Shown piece by piece: positions 62,899 to 64,000 of a stretch of DNA of 64,000 bases. Location: assembly GCA_010093605.1 (NCBI GenBank), contig MU004184.1, forward strand, positions 1,622,801 through 1,686,800, given 5' to 3'. The notes beneath the pieces are model-generated. The model had not been told where the DNA came from, did not search any database, and saw only the letters and a list, made by a program, of their open reading frames with translations. Each line of letters begins with the position of its first letter. The first letter of the stretch is position 1. This stretch comes from Lophium mytilinum. Its lineage: Eukaryota. A program made the position numbers and the translations under genes.

Positions 62899-64000
<1,102 letters not shown>

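Overview
This is eukaryotic, intron-containing DNA from a filamentous ascomycete (probably Dothideomycetes; the taxon is my inference). It holds about 17 protein-coding genes. Housekeeping and regulatory genes: glucokinase/hexokinase, Svl3/Pam1-like protein, eIF3m, SAM methyltransferase, TYW3, DUF2461-like protein, a Zn2Cys6 TF, Rqt4/ASC-1-like protein, cyclophilin PPIL1, a hypothetical protein, Nup53-like protein and a truncated mtfA-like C2H2 TF. The main result is a compact five-gene cluster at 36.1-48.2 kb: aspartate kinase, homoserine O-acetyltransferase, a plant NIT4-like nitrilase, a Zn2Cys6 regulator and a divergent O-acetylhomoserine sulfhydrylase, with shared TGCCGA-containing promoter elements. 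It reuses the FUB3/FUB5/FUB7-type O-acetylhomoserine gamma-substitution module but has a nitrilase instead of a PKS/NRPS. I infer a fungal cyanide-assimilation route: Asp -> O-acetylhomoserine + HCN -> 2-amino-4-cyanobutanoate -> Glu + NH3. Also seen: two related arrays of a ~180-bp repeat in inverted orientation, a RIP-like degraded region with a G-free 9-bp minisatellite beside a sugar-transporter fragment, unusually long introns in the DUF2461-like gene, and long GC-rich gene-free regions upstream of TF genes. Exon boundaries were read by eye, and no database searches were run.
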